Shown here: piece by piece, positions 34,113-42,352 of the stretch
Position numbering within the stretch: the first letter of the stretch is position 1
Layout of the letters: each line of letters starts with the position of its first letter
Assembly: GCA_002698305.1 (NCBI GenBank)
Contig: NZWR01000003.1
Coordinates: 10,794 to 74,793 of the forward strand
Length of the DNA: 64,000 nt
Origin: Candidatus Campbellbacteria bacterium
GTDB taxonomy: Bacteria > Patescibacteriota > Minisyncoccia > Phycocordibacterales > UBA1006
Reading direction: 5' to 3'
Notes under the pieces: model-generated
Database searches by the model: none
What the model was told of the DNA's origin: nothing
What the model saw: the letters and a program-made list of their open reading frames with translations, nothing else
Position numbers and translations under genes: made by a program

Positions 34113-34577
34113 ATGAAAAAGCTCATTTTTATTTTAGCTCTATTTGTGACTTTCTTCTCTCAAAATACTTTTGCCCAAAGCAACGCCCCTGAATTACAAC
34201 AAAGAGGTGGAGATATTATGCGTGAGTATTATGATGACTATAGAGAAGCAACACGAACTATTCTCAAGCAATCCTATCCGAATGCCTACGCAGACGGACT
34301 GTGGATTGAGGGAAAGAACTGGCTCGTGCTTAACAACTTTTATAACTGCAAAGATTCCGAGTTTTACTACTGGAGTGTGCTAATACAGCAATACAATTCT
34401 ACAACGGGTAAATATCAAAAAGGTGTGATTTACTATGCCTGCCCTACAAAGTGGCTAAAAAACGGTAAGTTTACCCCAAAGAGCCTTGCTAATACAACTA
34501 TTGTAGGAAAAAAGAAAGCATACACCGGAATGGAAGAGTATCTTACAGACAGCGAAGTAGCTTCAAACACACCGTAA
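34113..34577 (+). CDS. small secreted hypothetical protein
   Basis: Real start at ATG 34113 (MKKLIFILALFVTFFSQNTFAQS). The upstream part of ORF 33660-34577 is antisense to the VirB6-like gene. Confidence 0.6.
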   Translation: MKKLIFILALFVTFFSQNTFAQSNAPELQQRGGDIMREYYDDYREATRTILKQSYPNAYADGLWIEGKNWLVLNNFYNCKDSEFYYWSVLIQQYNSTTGKYQKGVIYYACPTKWLKNGKFTPKSLANTTIVGKKKAYTGMEEYLTDSEVASNTP

Positions 34578-34655
34578 ATATACGGTACAAGTTAAGACCA
34601 AAAGACCTTGTTATATGTTATATACAGGGTCTTTTTTATGTATAAATTTTCTCAA

Positions 34656-34686
34656 AACAAAAACCCTCAGTGCATGAGGGTTTTTT
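34656..34686 (-). terminator. terminator of the 880-aa gene
   Basis: ACCCTCA-gtgca-TGAGGGT with A/T runs. Confidence 0.75.
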
Positions 34687-34705
34687 AATTCAGAGCCAAG
34701 ATACC

Positions 34706-37348
34706 CTAATTATTGATTCCAGAAACAATTAATTGATAATCAAGTTTGCTGGCTGAATAGAAGTCTTTCCAACAATTAGTTCCGTCGGTATCGTTATCTC
34801 CTGCTCGGTTAATAACTTCAAATGATCCGGCATTACGACAGAAAAGATGACCTCGAGAACCTGCTGAGCCTGCTCGATTTGTTTTTGCATAGGCCCTGTC
34901 TACTCGGTACATATCTTTTATGGTAAGTTTGTTTCTATTTTCAGAATAAGGAAAATCATCATCAGGATAAAAGTCGTTAAAATATTGTTCTTTTTCTTGC
35001 GGCGAATTAAAACCAAGGATACTGTTTTCAATAGCTGAAGGTGCTGTCATGGTTCCTGTCTTTAGAACCGTAATAGTATTAGGTTGGTTCTGTAGGGCAG
35101 CTTCTGATTCAAGGAACGTTTTAAGCTGTGCATCATTTCTGACTGAATTATTGTTGTAGAATGCTAGAACATTACCTATTGGTGGAATAGTTGCATATGC
35201 AGGGTCGTATTCATCAATAAACTCAGCAAGCTCAAATATTTTATCATCTTGATCAATACCCTCGTTGTTGACAATACCTGAAATAGTTGCTCGGTCTGTT
35301 CCAACGGCATATGCCTTAAATACCATACAATCTAGAGCAGATCCGTATGATTGCTCGATACTGCTACTTACTTGTTTAAGTCTTGTTTGAGCAATAACAA
35401 TAAATTGTTGGTTTGATAGATTTGGTGTCAGTGCGTGGAAAATTTGACGAAGCTCAAGTTTTCTTGCTGGGTCTGTTTGATTACGCCATAACCACCACCC
35501 AATACTAAACACAGCTTGTTTAACAGCCTCTTCGTCATTTTCCAGTGCAGATGTAAAGAGAATATTTTCACCTTGAATGTATTCAGGGTTATTGTAGTAT
35601 CCGCTATCTATTGCTAGACCTAATAACTCTTGTTTTTGTGTAGCGCTTAATGCATCCCAATCCTCACTAAAGAGTACAAGATTTTCATTAACAGGAATCT
35701 TTTGTACATTAAAGTCTGCTAGAATTTCTGTTTTAAGTAGTCCAAGAGACAAGATGACTCGTTGTAAGTCGTTGTACCTGAACTGGTTTTCATTTGAGAT
35801 AGTCTCAAGGGTATCAAAGATATTATCAAGTTGTCCTTGCATTATTGAACCACCAGGAATAGTAACACTTGGATCTTGAACCATCGTCTTTGTTTCGTTT
35901 AGACCAATTTCGTTTATTTGGTTACCCTCATCATCACCAAATATTGGTAAGACGTCTTGATACCGCTCTTCCCATCCTGTGTCAGGTCCAGGGATACATT
36001 TATCGAATTCAAATAATACATTAGCCGCCGTCGCTACCTCGCTTCGTATTTCTTCGTAAGCTTCACGTTCTTCAACTGCCATTTGAATATTATTTTCGAG
36101 TACTTCTTGGAAGTTAATAATAATTTGAGGTCCATCATTTATTCCATTTCCTATATCTTCTGGTCCACCAATATAGAGATCCTGATTGATTCCCCCACCT
36201 GGAGCACCAGGAGGATTCCCACCTGAAGTTCCAGATCCATTTATATCTATATTTCCAGGATTGATACCAAGTACATCATATTCGGATTGGTATTGGATGT
36301 TTCCGTCAGGGTTAAAAGTACTTACTGCATCAGAGCGACTAAAAAATGCTTTTGTCGCTTCATTTGAAATTTCCCCTAATCCATTTTGTATAAGCCCATC
36401 AGCTACTCGACCCACGCTTTGTATTAAGGCAGAGACAAGCCCGTCGGAAAGGTTGGCAGCAGATGTGGTGTCTACTTTAAGTGCTTCATTTAACTGACTT
36501 GCGATTTGGTCCCCTGGTGTTTCTACGACCTCACGTTTACAGACTTTTTTTCCGTCTGCATTTGTTACCTCTTCCTCACAGGTTTTTTTAGAAAGAACTC
36601 CAGTCGTAACAGAAAGTTCTTTATTTTGAAGGTCAATTGAACTTACTACCCCTTGGCTTAACTCAGAATTAATAACTGAACGGAGACCTGTGGGTGAATT
36701 TGGTAATTCACCCAAAAGAGCGTACGCAGCTAATCCTCCGCTAGCAAGATCATTATTAAAATCATTTCGTGACGATCCTGATTGCGCTAAGTAACTATCA
36801 AGAGTTTGAGCGTTTCCTGAGACAATATTATTAAAATCATTAATCAGAAGGTTCTGACCAGCGTACTGTGCAACGTATTCTGCAGACTGTCGCTGGTTAA
36901 GAAATTGTGCGTTTTGGAAAAGTTCCCAATTGCTTTGTGCCTGACCGCCTGGGTCGTTAGGATCACCCTGATTATTATTTGCTTGGGAGATGGCAAGGCT
37001 GTTGGCATAACTAAATGAGTCAGATAAAAACTCATACTCAGTACCGCGAAGAAGTTCACCATAATTATTGATAAACCCTGCTTCACCATCAAAACCACCA
37101 GTTGCCCAGTTGATTGTGTCCTCCGAGAGTTTTCTAAGCATGCGATCTGCAATTTCAAGAACAAGTGGTTCCAAAACTTGCTTGGACAAACCTTCCCAAA
37201 CTTCTTCACCGGTTGTTAAGAAGTTAATAATAGAGTTGAATATGTTCGCTGCGGCATCGACTTGAGCTTCAGCTTTCTGTGGCTGAGCCATAAAAAGAGA
37301 GAAACTTAATATTGAAGCAGTCAAGAAGGTAGTAAGAAACTTTTTCAT
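34706..37348 (-). CDS. large secreted hypothetical protein (880 aa), first gene of the T4SS-like block
   Basis: Signal MKKFLTTFLTASILSFSLFMAQPQKAEA. No TM afterwards and no recognisable catalytic motif. TGGTATACT lies 9 nt upstream of the ATG. Confidence 0.65.
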   Translation of the reverse strand: MKKFLTTFLTASILSFSLFMAQPQKAEAQVDAAANIFNSIINFLTTGEEVWEGLSKQVLEPLVLEIADRMLRKLSEDTINWATGGFDGEAGFINNYGELLRGTEYEFLSDSFSYANSLAISQANNNQGDPNDPGGQAQSNWELFQNAQFLNQRQSAEYVAQYAGQNLLINDFNNIVSGNAQTLDSYLAQSGSSRNDFNNDLASGGLAAYALLGELPNSPTGLRSVINSELSQGVVSSIDLQNKELSVTTGVLSKKTCEEEVTNADGKKVCKREVVETPGDQIASQLNEALKVDTTSAANLSDGLVSALIQSVGRVADGLIQNGLGEISNEATKAFFSRSDAVSTFNPDGNIQYQSEYDVLGINPGNIDINGSGTSGGNPPGAPGGGINQDLYIGGPEDIGNGINDGPQIIINFQEVLENNIQMAVEEREAYEEIRSEVATAANVLFEFDKCIPGPDTGWEERYQDVLPIFGDDEGNQINEIGLNETKTMVQDPSVTIPGGSIMQGQLDNIFDTLETISNENQFRYNDLQRVILSLGLLKTEILADFNVQKIPVNENLVLFSEDWDALSATQKQELLGLAIDSGYYNNPEYIQGENILFTSALENDEEAVKQAVFSIGWWLWRNQTDPARKLELRQIFHALTPNLSNQQFIVIAQTRLKQVSSSIEQSYGSALDCMVFKAYAVGTDRATISGIVNNEGIDQDDKIFELAEFIDEYDPAYATIPPIGNVLAFYNNNSVRNDAQLKTFLESEAALQNQPNTITVLKTGTMTAPSAIENSILGFNSPQEKEQYFNDFYPDDDFPYSENRNKLTIKDMYRVDRAYAKTNRAGSAGSRGHLFCRNAGSFEVINRAGDNDTDGTNCWKDFYSASKLDYQLIVSGINN

Positions 37349-37465
37349 ATGCCTTAAAGTATACCACCCATTATTCAGGGATAAAACACGCAGGACTCTA
37401 TTGATAGCTTTTGTGATTTGATTATACTTGGAGGTACTTACTTATTTTTAATCTACACTTATATT

Positions 37466-37999
37466 ATGAATCTATGGCATGACGTAACACGTGGGGATAA
37501 CACACCCGAAGAATTAAACTGTATTATAGAAATCCCAAAAGGGTCACCAAATAAATACGAAATTGATAAGGAAACAGGGCTTATTGCTCTTGATCGTGCT
37601 AACTATAGCTCAGCACCCTACCCGTTTGATTACGGGTTTGTACCACAAACTCTGTGGGATGATGGAGACGCGCTGGATATTATTGTTCCATCTACTTTTC
37701 CGTTAGCGACGGGAATCTTGGTGCGTGTGCGGCCAGTGGCTGTAATGGAGATGATTGATGATGGAGAATCTGATTACAAGGTTATTGCGGTTCCTGTTGA
37801 TGATAAACGCTGGGATGATGTAAAAAACCTTGAAGACCTTAACCAACATAATGTTAAGGAGTGGAAGCATTTCTTTGAAACCTATAAAGAATTAAAAGGA
37901 AAAGAAAACATCGTCGAGATTCGCGGTATCAAAGGGCGTGATGCAGCAATTGAAGCAGTAAAAAAATCTATTGCACTCTATGACGAGAAACACGCATAA
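37466..37999 (+). CDS. ppa: inorganic pyrophosphatase (family I)
   Basis: EIPKGSPNKYEIDKETG, YPFDYGFVPQTLWDDGDALD, DYKVIAV. Start at ATG 37466 (MNLWHDV). Confidence 0.92.
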   Translation: MNLWHDVTRGDNTPEELNCIIEIPKGSPNKYEIDKETGLIALDRANYSSAPYPFDYGFVPQTLWDDGDALDIIVPSTFPLATGILVRVRPVAVMEMIDDGESDYKVIAVPVDDKRWDDVKNLEDLNQHNVKEWKHFFETYKELKGKENIVEIRGIKGRDAAIEAVKKSIALYDEKHA

Positions 38000-38000
38000 A

Positions 38001-38026
38001 AAAACAGCAGCTTGATGCTGTTTTTC
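38001..38026 (+). terminator. ppa terminator
   Basis: AAACAGC-agcttgat-GCTGTTT followed by a T-run. Confidence 0.7.
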
Positions 38027-38070
38027 TTATTATCCATAGTCAAAAACAATCTTTTTGTTATAGTGATGCC

Positions 38071-39129
38071 ATGAAAACAGAAGTAACAAAAAAAGAAAAT
38101 GCAGAGGTTGTTATCAGCGTGGTGTTACCCAACAAAGATATCCAGGTATATAGGGATGATGTTGAGGCAGCACTTATCAAGAAAGTAAAAGTTGATGGAT
38201 TCCGAGAAGGCAATGTTCCAAAAGATGTTGCTATGAAGCAAATCAGTGAGATGCAAATTTTAGAAGAAATGGCTCAGCGCGCAATCAGCGCTAAATATGT
38301 CGAGATTCTTGAAAAAGAAGATATTAAGGCGATTGGACATCCACAAATTTCTATTACTAAAATTGCTCCCGACCAAGACCTAGAATTTACGATTACGACT
38401 GCTATTATGCCAGAGGTAACATTGGGTGATTATACAAAGATTGCTAAAGAAGCAATGAATGAGGAATACTCTGAAGATGTTGAGGAAAAAGAGCTTGAAG
38501 AAGCAATTAATAACCTACGGCGAATGCGAGCACAGCAAGAGCTATCTAAAGATCAAAAAGAAGGAGAAGAGCCGGTTTCATGGAGCGATATTAAAGATGA
38601 AGAGCTACCAGAGCTCACTGATGAATGGGTTAAAGAATTGGGGAGCTTTGAAAATGTTGAAGACTTTAAATCAAAGATGAAAGAAAATCTTCAAAAAGAA
38701 AAAGCAGCTAAAAACACAGAAAAACGACGAATTGCTATTCTTGACGGTATTTTGAAAGACTCAACGATTGAGGTGCCGGCAATTATGGTTGACTATGAAA
38801 CTGATAAGATGATGCATGAATTTGAAGGAAATATTGCAATGACCGGTATGAGTTTTGACGATTATCTAAAATCAATCGGAAAAACTCGTGAAGATTATAA
38901 AAAAGAATGGCGAGAACAAGCAGTGAAACGAGCAAAAACGCAGGTTATGCTGAACGAAATAGCCGCTCAAGAAAAGATTGAAGCTGATGACAAGGAGGTA
39001 GATGAAGAAGTAACAAAGATTATGGAACAATATAAAGGACAACAAGGTGTTGATGAAAATAATGCCCGCGCGTATGTTGCAACCGTACTGACACATCAAA
39101 AAGTATTTGAATTTTTAGAGAAACAATAA
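38071..39129 (+). CDS. tig: trigger factor lacking the FKBP/PPIase domain (352 aa)
   Basis: The N-terminal ribosome-binding domain (GFREGNVP..) and the C-terminal arm domain are recognisable. The central GD.V.IDF.G...G..F segment is absent. Followed by clpP, as in many bacteria. Confidence 0.8.
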   Translation: MKTEVTKKENAEVVISVVLPNKDIQVYRDDVEAALIKKVKVDGFREGNVPKDVAMKQISEMQILEEMAQRAISAKYVEILEKEDIKAIGHPQISITKIAPDQDLEFTITTAIMPEVTLGDYTKIAKEAMNEEYSEDVEEKELEEAINNLRRMRAQQELSKDQKEGEEPVSWSDIKDEELPELTDEWVKELGSFENVEDFKSKMKENLQKEKAAKNTEKRRIAILDGILKDSTIEVPAIMVDYETDKMMHEFEGNIAMTGMSFDDYLKSIGKTREDYKKEWREQAVKRAKTQVMLNEIAAQEKIEADDKEVDEEVTKIMEQYKGQQGVDENNARAYVATVLTHQKVFEFLEKQ

Positions 39130-39249
39130 ATCTTTGATTTATATGTTCTCCTTGTGTAAAGACCTTGAATCACAAAAATAAAAAACCGCATAGGTTTTTA
39201 TTTTTTAAATAGCGCCAAAATTTCTCTGTTCAGGTGGTATACTCTTTGT

Positions 39250-39519
39250 ATGAAAAATAAACGAGGACAACGATTTCATGTTCATATTAACAACGAGTTA
39301 AAAGAGATTTTTGTAGGACACCACACACTTTTTTCAGTTATTGGTTTTACTGTTGGTGGTATTTTGGTTGGTGAAACGGTTAAAGAATGGGCCCATGTCC
39401 ACATTGGTCTTCCGGCAACCTTGCTGGCAGGTTTGCTCTTGATTCTGTTAACAGGAATTACTTTGCATAAATTCAGTGACAGGAAATTAGAAAAAGAGCT
39501 TGATGATGAAATAGAATAA
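39250..39519 (+). CDS. small two-TM membrane protein
   Basis: 89 aa with hydrophobic helices FSVIGFTVGGILVG and ATLLAGLLLILLTGITL. TGGTATACT lies 6 nt upstream of the ATG. Confidence 0.55.
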   Translation: MKNKRGQRFHVHINNELKEIFVGHHTLFSVIGFTVGGILVGETVKEWAHVHIGLPATLLAGLLLILLTGITLHKFSDRKLEKELDDEIE

Positions 39520-39549
39520 GGTGAGATATTTGTGATATTCTAGGTATAG

Positions 39550-39864
39550 ATGGAAAGTTACGAATTTTACAAAAAAGTAGACCCAGACAAGCTCATCTTG
39601 CGAGATTATCTTGCCTTTGATAGAACCGTTCTGGCAAATTATAGGACGGCATTGTCTTTCTATCGAACAGCACTCGGTTCTCTGGCGGCTGGTCTTGCTC
39701 TGATACAAATTTATCAAGGAGATGTATTGCTGGTAAGTATTGGCTTTATTGCTCTTGGTCTATCGGTTATGTTCCTGGCGACAGGGGTCTTTAGTTTCTT
39801 TACCACTAAAAAGAGAATGAAGGAGATTTACAACAAGCGCGAGCTCCATAAAAATTATGAGTAA
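39550..39864 (+). CDS. DUF202 (YidH-like) membrane protein
   Basis: [26 protein letters not shown] motif followed by TM helices. Confidence 0.7.
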   Translation: MESYEFYKKVDPDKLILRDYLAFDRTVLANYRTALSFYRTALGSLAAGLALIQIYQGDVLLVSIGFIALGLSVMFLATGVFSFFTTKKRMKEIYNKRELHKNYE

Positions 39865-39865
39865 T

Positions 39866-39898
39866 AACGAAAAGACTTGTTAAACAGGTCTTTTCGTT
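39866..39898 (+). terminator. terminator
   Basis: AACGAAAAGAC(T)TG-ttaaa-CAGGTCTTTTCGTT long hairpin. Confidence 0.75.
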
Positions 39899-39911
39899 TA
39901 ATATTTTATAT

Positions 39912-40496
39912 ATGTTAATTCCAACGGTTATAGAAAAAACTCAGGCAGGTGAACGAGCCTATGATATTTATTCACGACTTTTAAAAGAGCGGATTGTTTT
40001 TATTGGTGGTCCAATTAGCGCTGATCTTGCAAATAGCGTGGTGGCGCAGCTTCTGCATCTTGAACAAGAAGATGCGACTAAAGATATTACTTTGTATATC
40101 AATTCACCAGGAGGGTCAGTTGATGCAGGAATGGCAATGATTGATACGATGCATTTTATTAAACCAGACGTTTCAACGGTATGTATTGGAATGGCGGCCT
40201 CGATGGGAGCTATGCTGCTATCTCAGGGAGCAAAAGGAAAGCGCTATGTATTGCCCAACAGTCGCATTATGATTCACCAACCAATGACTGGGGCAGAAGG
40301 TCAGGCATCAGACATCGCAATTACCGCCGAGCAAATTCTTAAAATTAAAAATATTTTGATTGATATGCTTGCCGACGCAACAGGAAATAAAAGAGCAGAA
40401 GTTGAAAAAGATATGGATCGCGACTACTGGCTTGATGCTAAAATGGCAAAAAAATATGGAATCGTCGACGGTATTATTACCAAACGAAAGAAATAA
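39912..40496 (+). CDS. clpP: ATP-dependent Clp protease proteolytic subunit
   Basis: [19 protein letters not shown], catalytic [17 protein letters not shown]. Confidence 0.95.
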   Translation: MLIPTVIEKTQAGERAYDIYSRLLKERIVFIGGPISADLANSVVAQLLHLEQEDATKDITLYINSPGGSVDAGMAMIDTMHFIKPDVSTVCIGMAASMGAMLLSQGAKGKRYVLPNSRIMIHQPMTGAEGQASDIAITAEQILKIKNILIDMLADATGNKRAEVEKDMDRDYWLDAKMAKKYGIVDGIITKRKK

Positions 40497-40655
40497 CCTC
40501 TATGGAGGTTATTTTTTATAATACATATAAAATTATATTTCAAGCCCTAAATACTGCACATTCTTGTAAAAGCGTTATATAATAGGCTCACACATCAAAC
40601 ACATGCTACATGGGTACGATTGTAAAATTACACGTTTTAATTTGAAATAAAAAAT

Positions 40656-40931
40656 ATGAAAAAAACTGATCTTGTAGAAATGGTTCACGACATGGTAGGA
40701 GGAACTAAAACTCAGGCTGAAGCAGTTATCAAAGGTATCTTCGATGCTATGGCAGAAGAAATGGCAAAAGGAGGAACCGTTGATATTGCTGGGTTTGGGA
40801 AATTTGAAGGTAAAATGCGAAATGCTCGAACAGCACGAAACCCACGAACAGGGGAACCAGTTGAAGTTCCAGCACAACGTGTACCAAAATTCAAAGCTGC
40901 TAAAGGTTTGAAAGATACTGTAAAAGGATAA
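40656..40931 (+). CDS. hup: HU-family DNA-binding protein
   Basis: MKKTDLVEMVHDM...GFGKFEGKMRNARTARNPRTGEPVEVPAQRVPKFKAAKGLKD. Confidence 0.93.
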   Translation: MKKTDLVEMVHDMVGGTKTQAEAVIKGIFDAMAEEMAKGGTVDIAGFGKFEGKMRNARTARNPRTGEPVEVPAQRVPKFKAAKGLKDTVKG

Positions 40932-40970
40932 TCGATAAAAAGCGCGCAAGCGTTTTTTGTTTTGCCTATC

Positions 40971-40998
40971 TTGCATTTTGAAATGACTTTGCTAGTAT
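40971..40998 (+). promoter_or_regulatory. promoter upstream of the tRNA-like element / tRNA-Gly
   Basis: TTGCAT (40971-40976), 16 nt, TAGTAT (40993-40998). Confidence 0.45.
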
Positions 40999-41031
40999 TA
41001 TTGATGTTCTTGAAAAAGAATTAAATAATTT

Positions 41032-41147
41032 GCGGGCGTAGTTTATAAAGCTAGAATATTGGTACTCCAACTAGCTGAGGGGTGACTAGATGTCACACCG
41101 AAGAAGAGTTCGATTCGAATTCTCGTATCACTAAACTACGTCTACCA
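41032..41147 (+). ncRNA. tRNA-Gly-derived tRNA-like RNA: 12-bp terminal helix ending in an encoded ACCA, not a canonical cloverleaf
   Basis: The first 14 nt are identical to the adjacent tRNA-Gly. 41034-41045 pairs with 41132-41143 (12 bp, with G:U at helix positions 1 and 3), followed by ACCA. Internal hairpins: GCTAG/CTAGC and GGTGAC/GTCAC. A T-loop-like GAGTTCGATTC is present, but there is no acceptor/T-arm arrangement. Confidence 0.45.
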
Positions 41148-41153
41148 AAATAT

Positions 41154-41224
41154 GCGGGCGTAGTTTAGTGGTAGAATATCTGGCTTCCAACCAGAGGACG
41201 AGAGTTCGATTCTCTCCGCCCGCA
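41154..41224 (+). tRNA. tRNA-Gly (anticodon UCC), no encoded CCA
   Basis: Manual cloverleaf: acceptor GCGGGCG/CGCCCGC, anticodon arm TCTGG-CTTCCAA-CCAGA, T-arm GAGAG-TTCGATT-CTCTC, discriminator A. Confidence 0.9.
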
Positions 41225-41296
41225 CATCAGAAAAAACCCTTATTTTTACGGGTTTTTTCTTGTACACGTGGAGGGAAGTATAGTACAAATCGAAAC
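41225..41296 (+). repeat. junction element copy A (abuts the tRNA-Gly 3' end)
   Basis: CAGAAAAAACCC-hairpin-GGGTTTTTTCTT, then the right arm GTACACGTGGAGGGAAGTATAGTACAAATCGAAAC. Homologous to copies B and C. Confidence 0.6.
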
Positions 41297-41420
41297 ATAT
41301 ATATCTGTAGATGGATAACTTGACAATAGATATTATATATGATATATTTAAATTGAACTACTTTTAGTGAGTTAAAGCAGTAGATAATGTCTTTTGCTTT
41401 AACTCACTAAAAAAAGAAAA

Positions 41421-41624
41421 ATGAGAACAATTCAATTTATGTTTATCGATAAAGTTTCTGGTAAGGTTTATACTAACAAAATAGAAACTGACAAAAAAAT
41501 GACAGAGGATAATATACATCATCCCGAAGAAAGTTACGCTCTAAAAGCAGAACTAACTAAAGACTATGATGAAATAACATTTGCTCGTCAAATAATAATT
41601 ACGTCTTGGAGTATTTTTGAGTAA
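41421..41624 (+). CDS. module 1: 67-aa hypothetical protein
   Basis: Preceded by TTGACA-17-TATATT (41320-41348) and an 18-bp leader hairpin (41362-41412). Followed by terminator AACCCTTTC..GAAAGGGTT. Confidence 0.45.
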   Translation: MRTIQFMFIDKVSGKVYTNKIETDKKMTEDNIHHPEESYALKAELTKDYDEITFARQIIITSWSIFE

Positions 41625-41693
41625 AATATTTGAAATACTACTAACCCTTTCTTCATAGAAAGGGTTTTTTACTTATCATCTACAATTATATCC

Positions 41694-41836
41694 GTTCGAA
41701 CACTGTCCCACATCGTGCACACCAGAAAAAACCCTTACAAAATAAGGGTTTTTTCTTATACGCCAGTAAAATAACGAACTGTATTTTACAAGTACTCTTG
41801 GGGTGCACGTGGAGGGGAATATGGAGTAAATCGAAC
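41694..41836 (+). repeat. junction element copy B (~143-bp imperfect inverted repeat)
   Basis: Left arm GTTCGAACACTGTCCCACATCGTGCAC (41694-41720), central terminator-like hairpin AAAAAACCCTTA..TAAGGGTTTTTT, right arm GTGCACGTGGAGGGGAATATGGAGTAAATCGAAC (41803-41836). Confidence 0.7.
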
Positions 41837-41899
41837 TATAATAAAAAAGTACCTCGAACAGAATGTGTTCGAGGTGTTTTTTGTTTACTTTTTAACTCT

Positions 41900-42229
41900 T
41901 TAAATCTTCGCCACCTGCTTTGATTTATAAAGAATTGTTATTCCTAAAATCAAGAATGATAAGCAATACATAATCAAAACTTTATTTCCTACCAGGCTTC
42001 CGTATTGTGTATATGAGCCAATAATAAAAACTGGCATTATCACAAATATGAAGAGCATAACGAAACCCTTAAAAGTCTTAAATTGATTATATGATTCTAG
42101 AACCTTATCGGTTTGTGTAAGTTTGTTCTTTTCCATCCAAGAAATTTGAATATTAAACATACTTGCAACAAAGGAAGAAAAGATAATAGTACCGACCGCA
42201 GTAACGATGTATAAAATTGTGTAAATCAT
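41900..42229 (-). CDS. module 2: 109-aa three-TM membrane protein
   Basis: Hydrophobic helices throughout. Divergent TTGACA/TTGACT promoters at ~42265-42300. Confidence 0.5.
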   Translation of the reverse strand: MIYTILYIVTAVGTIIFSSFVASMFNIQISWMEKNKLTQTDKVLESYNQFKTFKGFVMLFIFVIMPVFIIGSYTQYGSLVGNKVLIMYCLSFLILGITILYKSKQVAKI

Positions 42230-42352
42230 GATAAATTGAATTTGTTTACTTAAATATTGTCATTTTATATTGACTTTGTCAAATAAATATACTATATTTA
42301 TTTACAAACAAGCCATGAACTAACGATTGGCACGACAAAAAAATAAGAGAAG

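Noticed and set aside
40575-40976. 133-aa minus-strand ORF
   Set aside because: It is antisense to the unmistakable HU gene (40656-40931). Cys/Phe/Ser-rich junk translation.
41032-41147. tmRNA, tRNA-Sec or an intron-containing tRNA as identity of the tRNA-like element
   Set aside because: At ~114 nt it is too short for tmRNA and has no plausible tag ORF ending in a hydrophobic ..AA. There is no UCA anticodon and no 8/5 or 9/4 acceptor/T geometry for tRNA-Sec. No cloverleaf can be drawn, because the 3' strand pairs with the D-arm region. Identity is left open.
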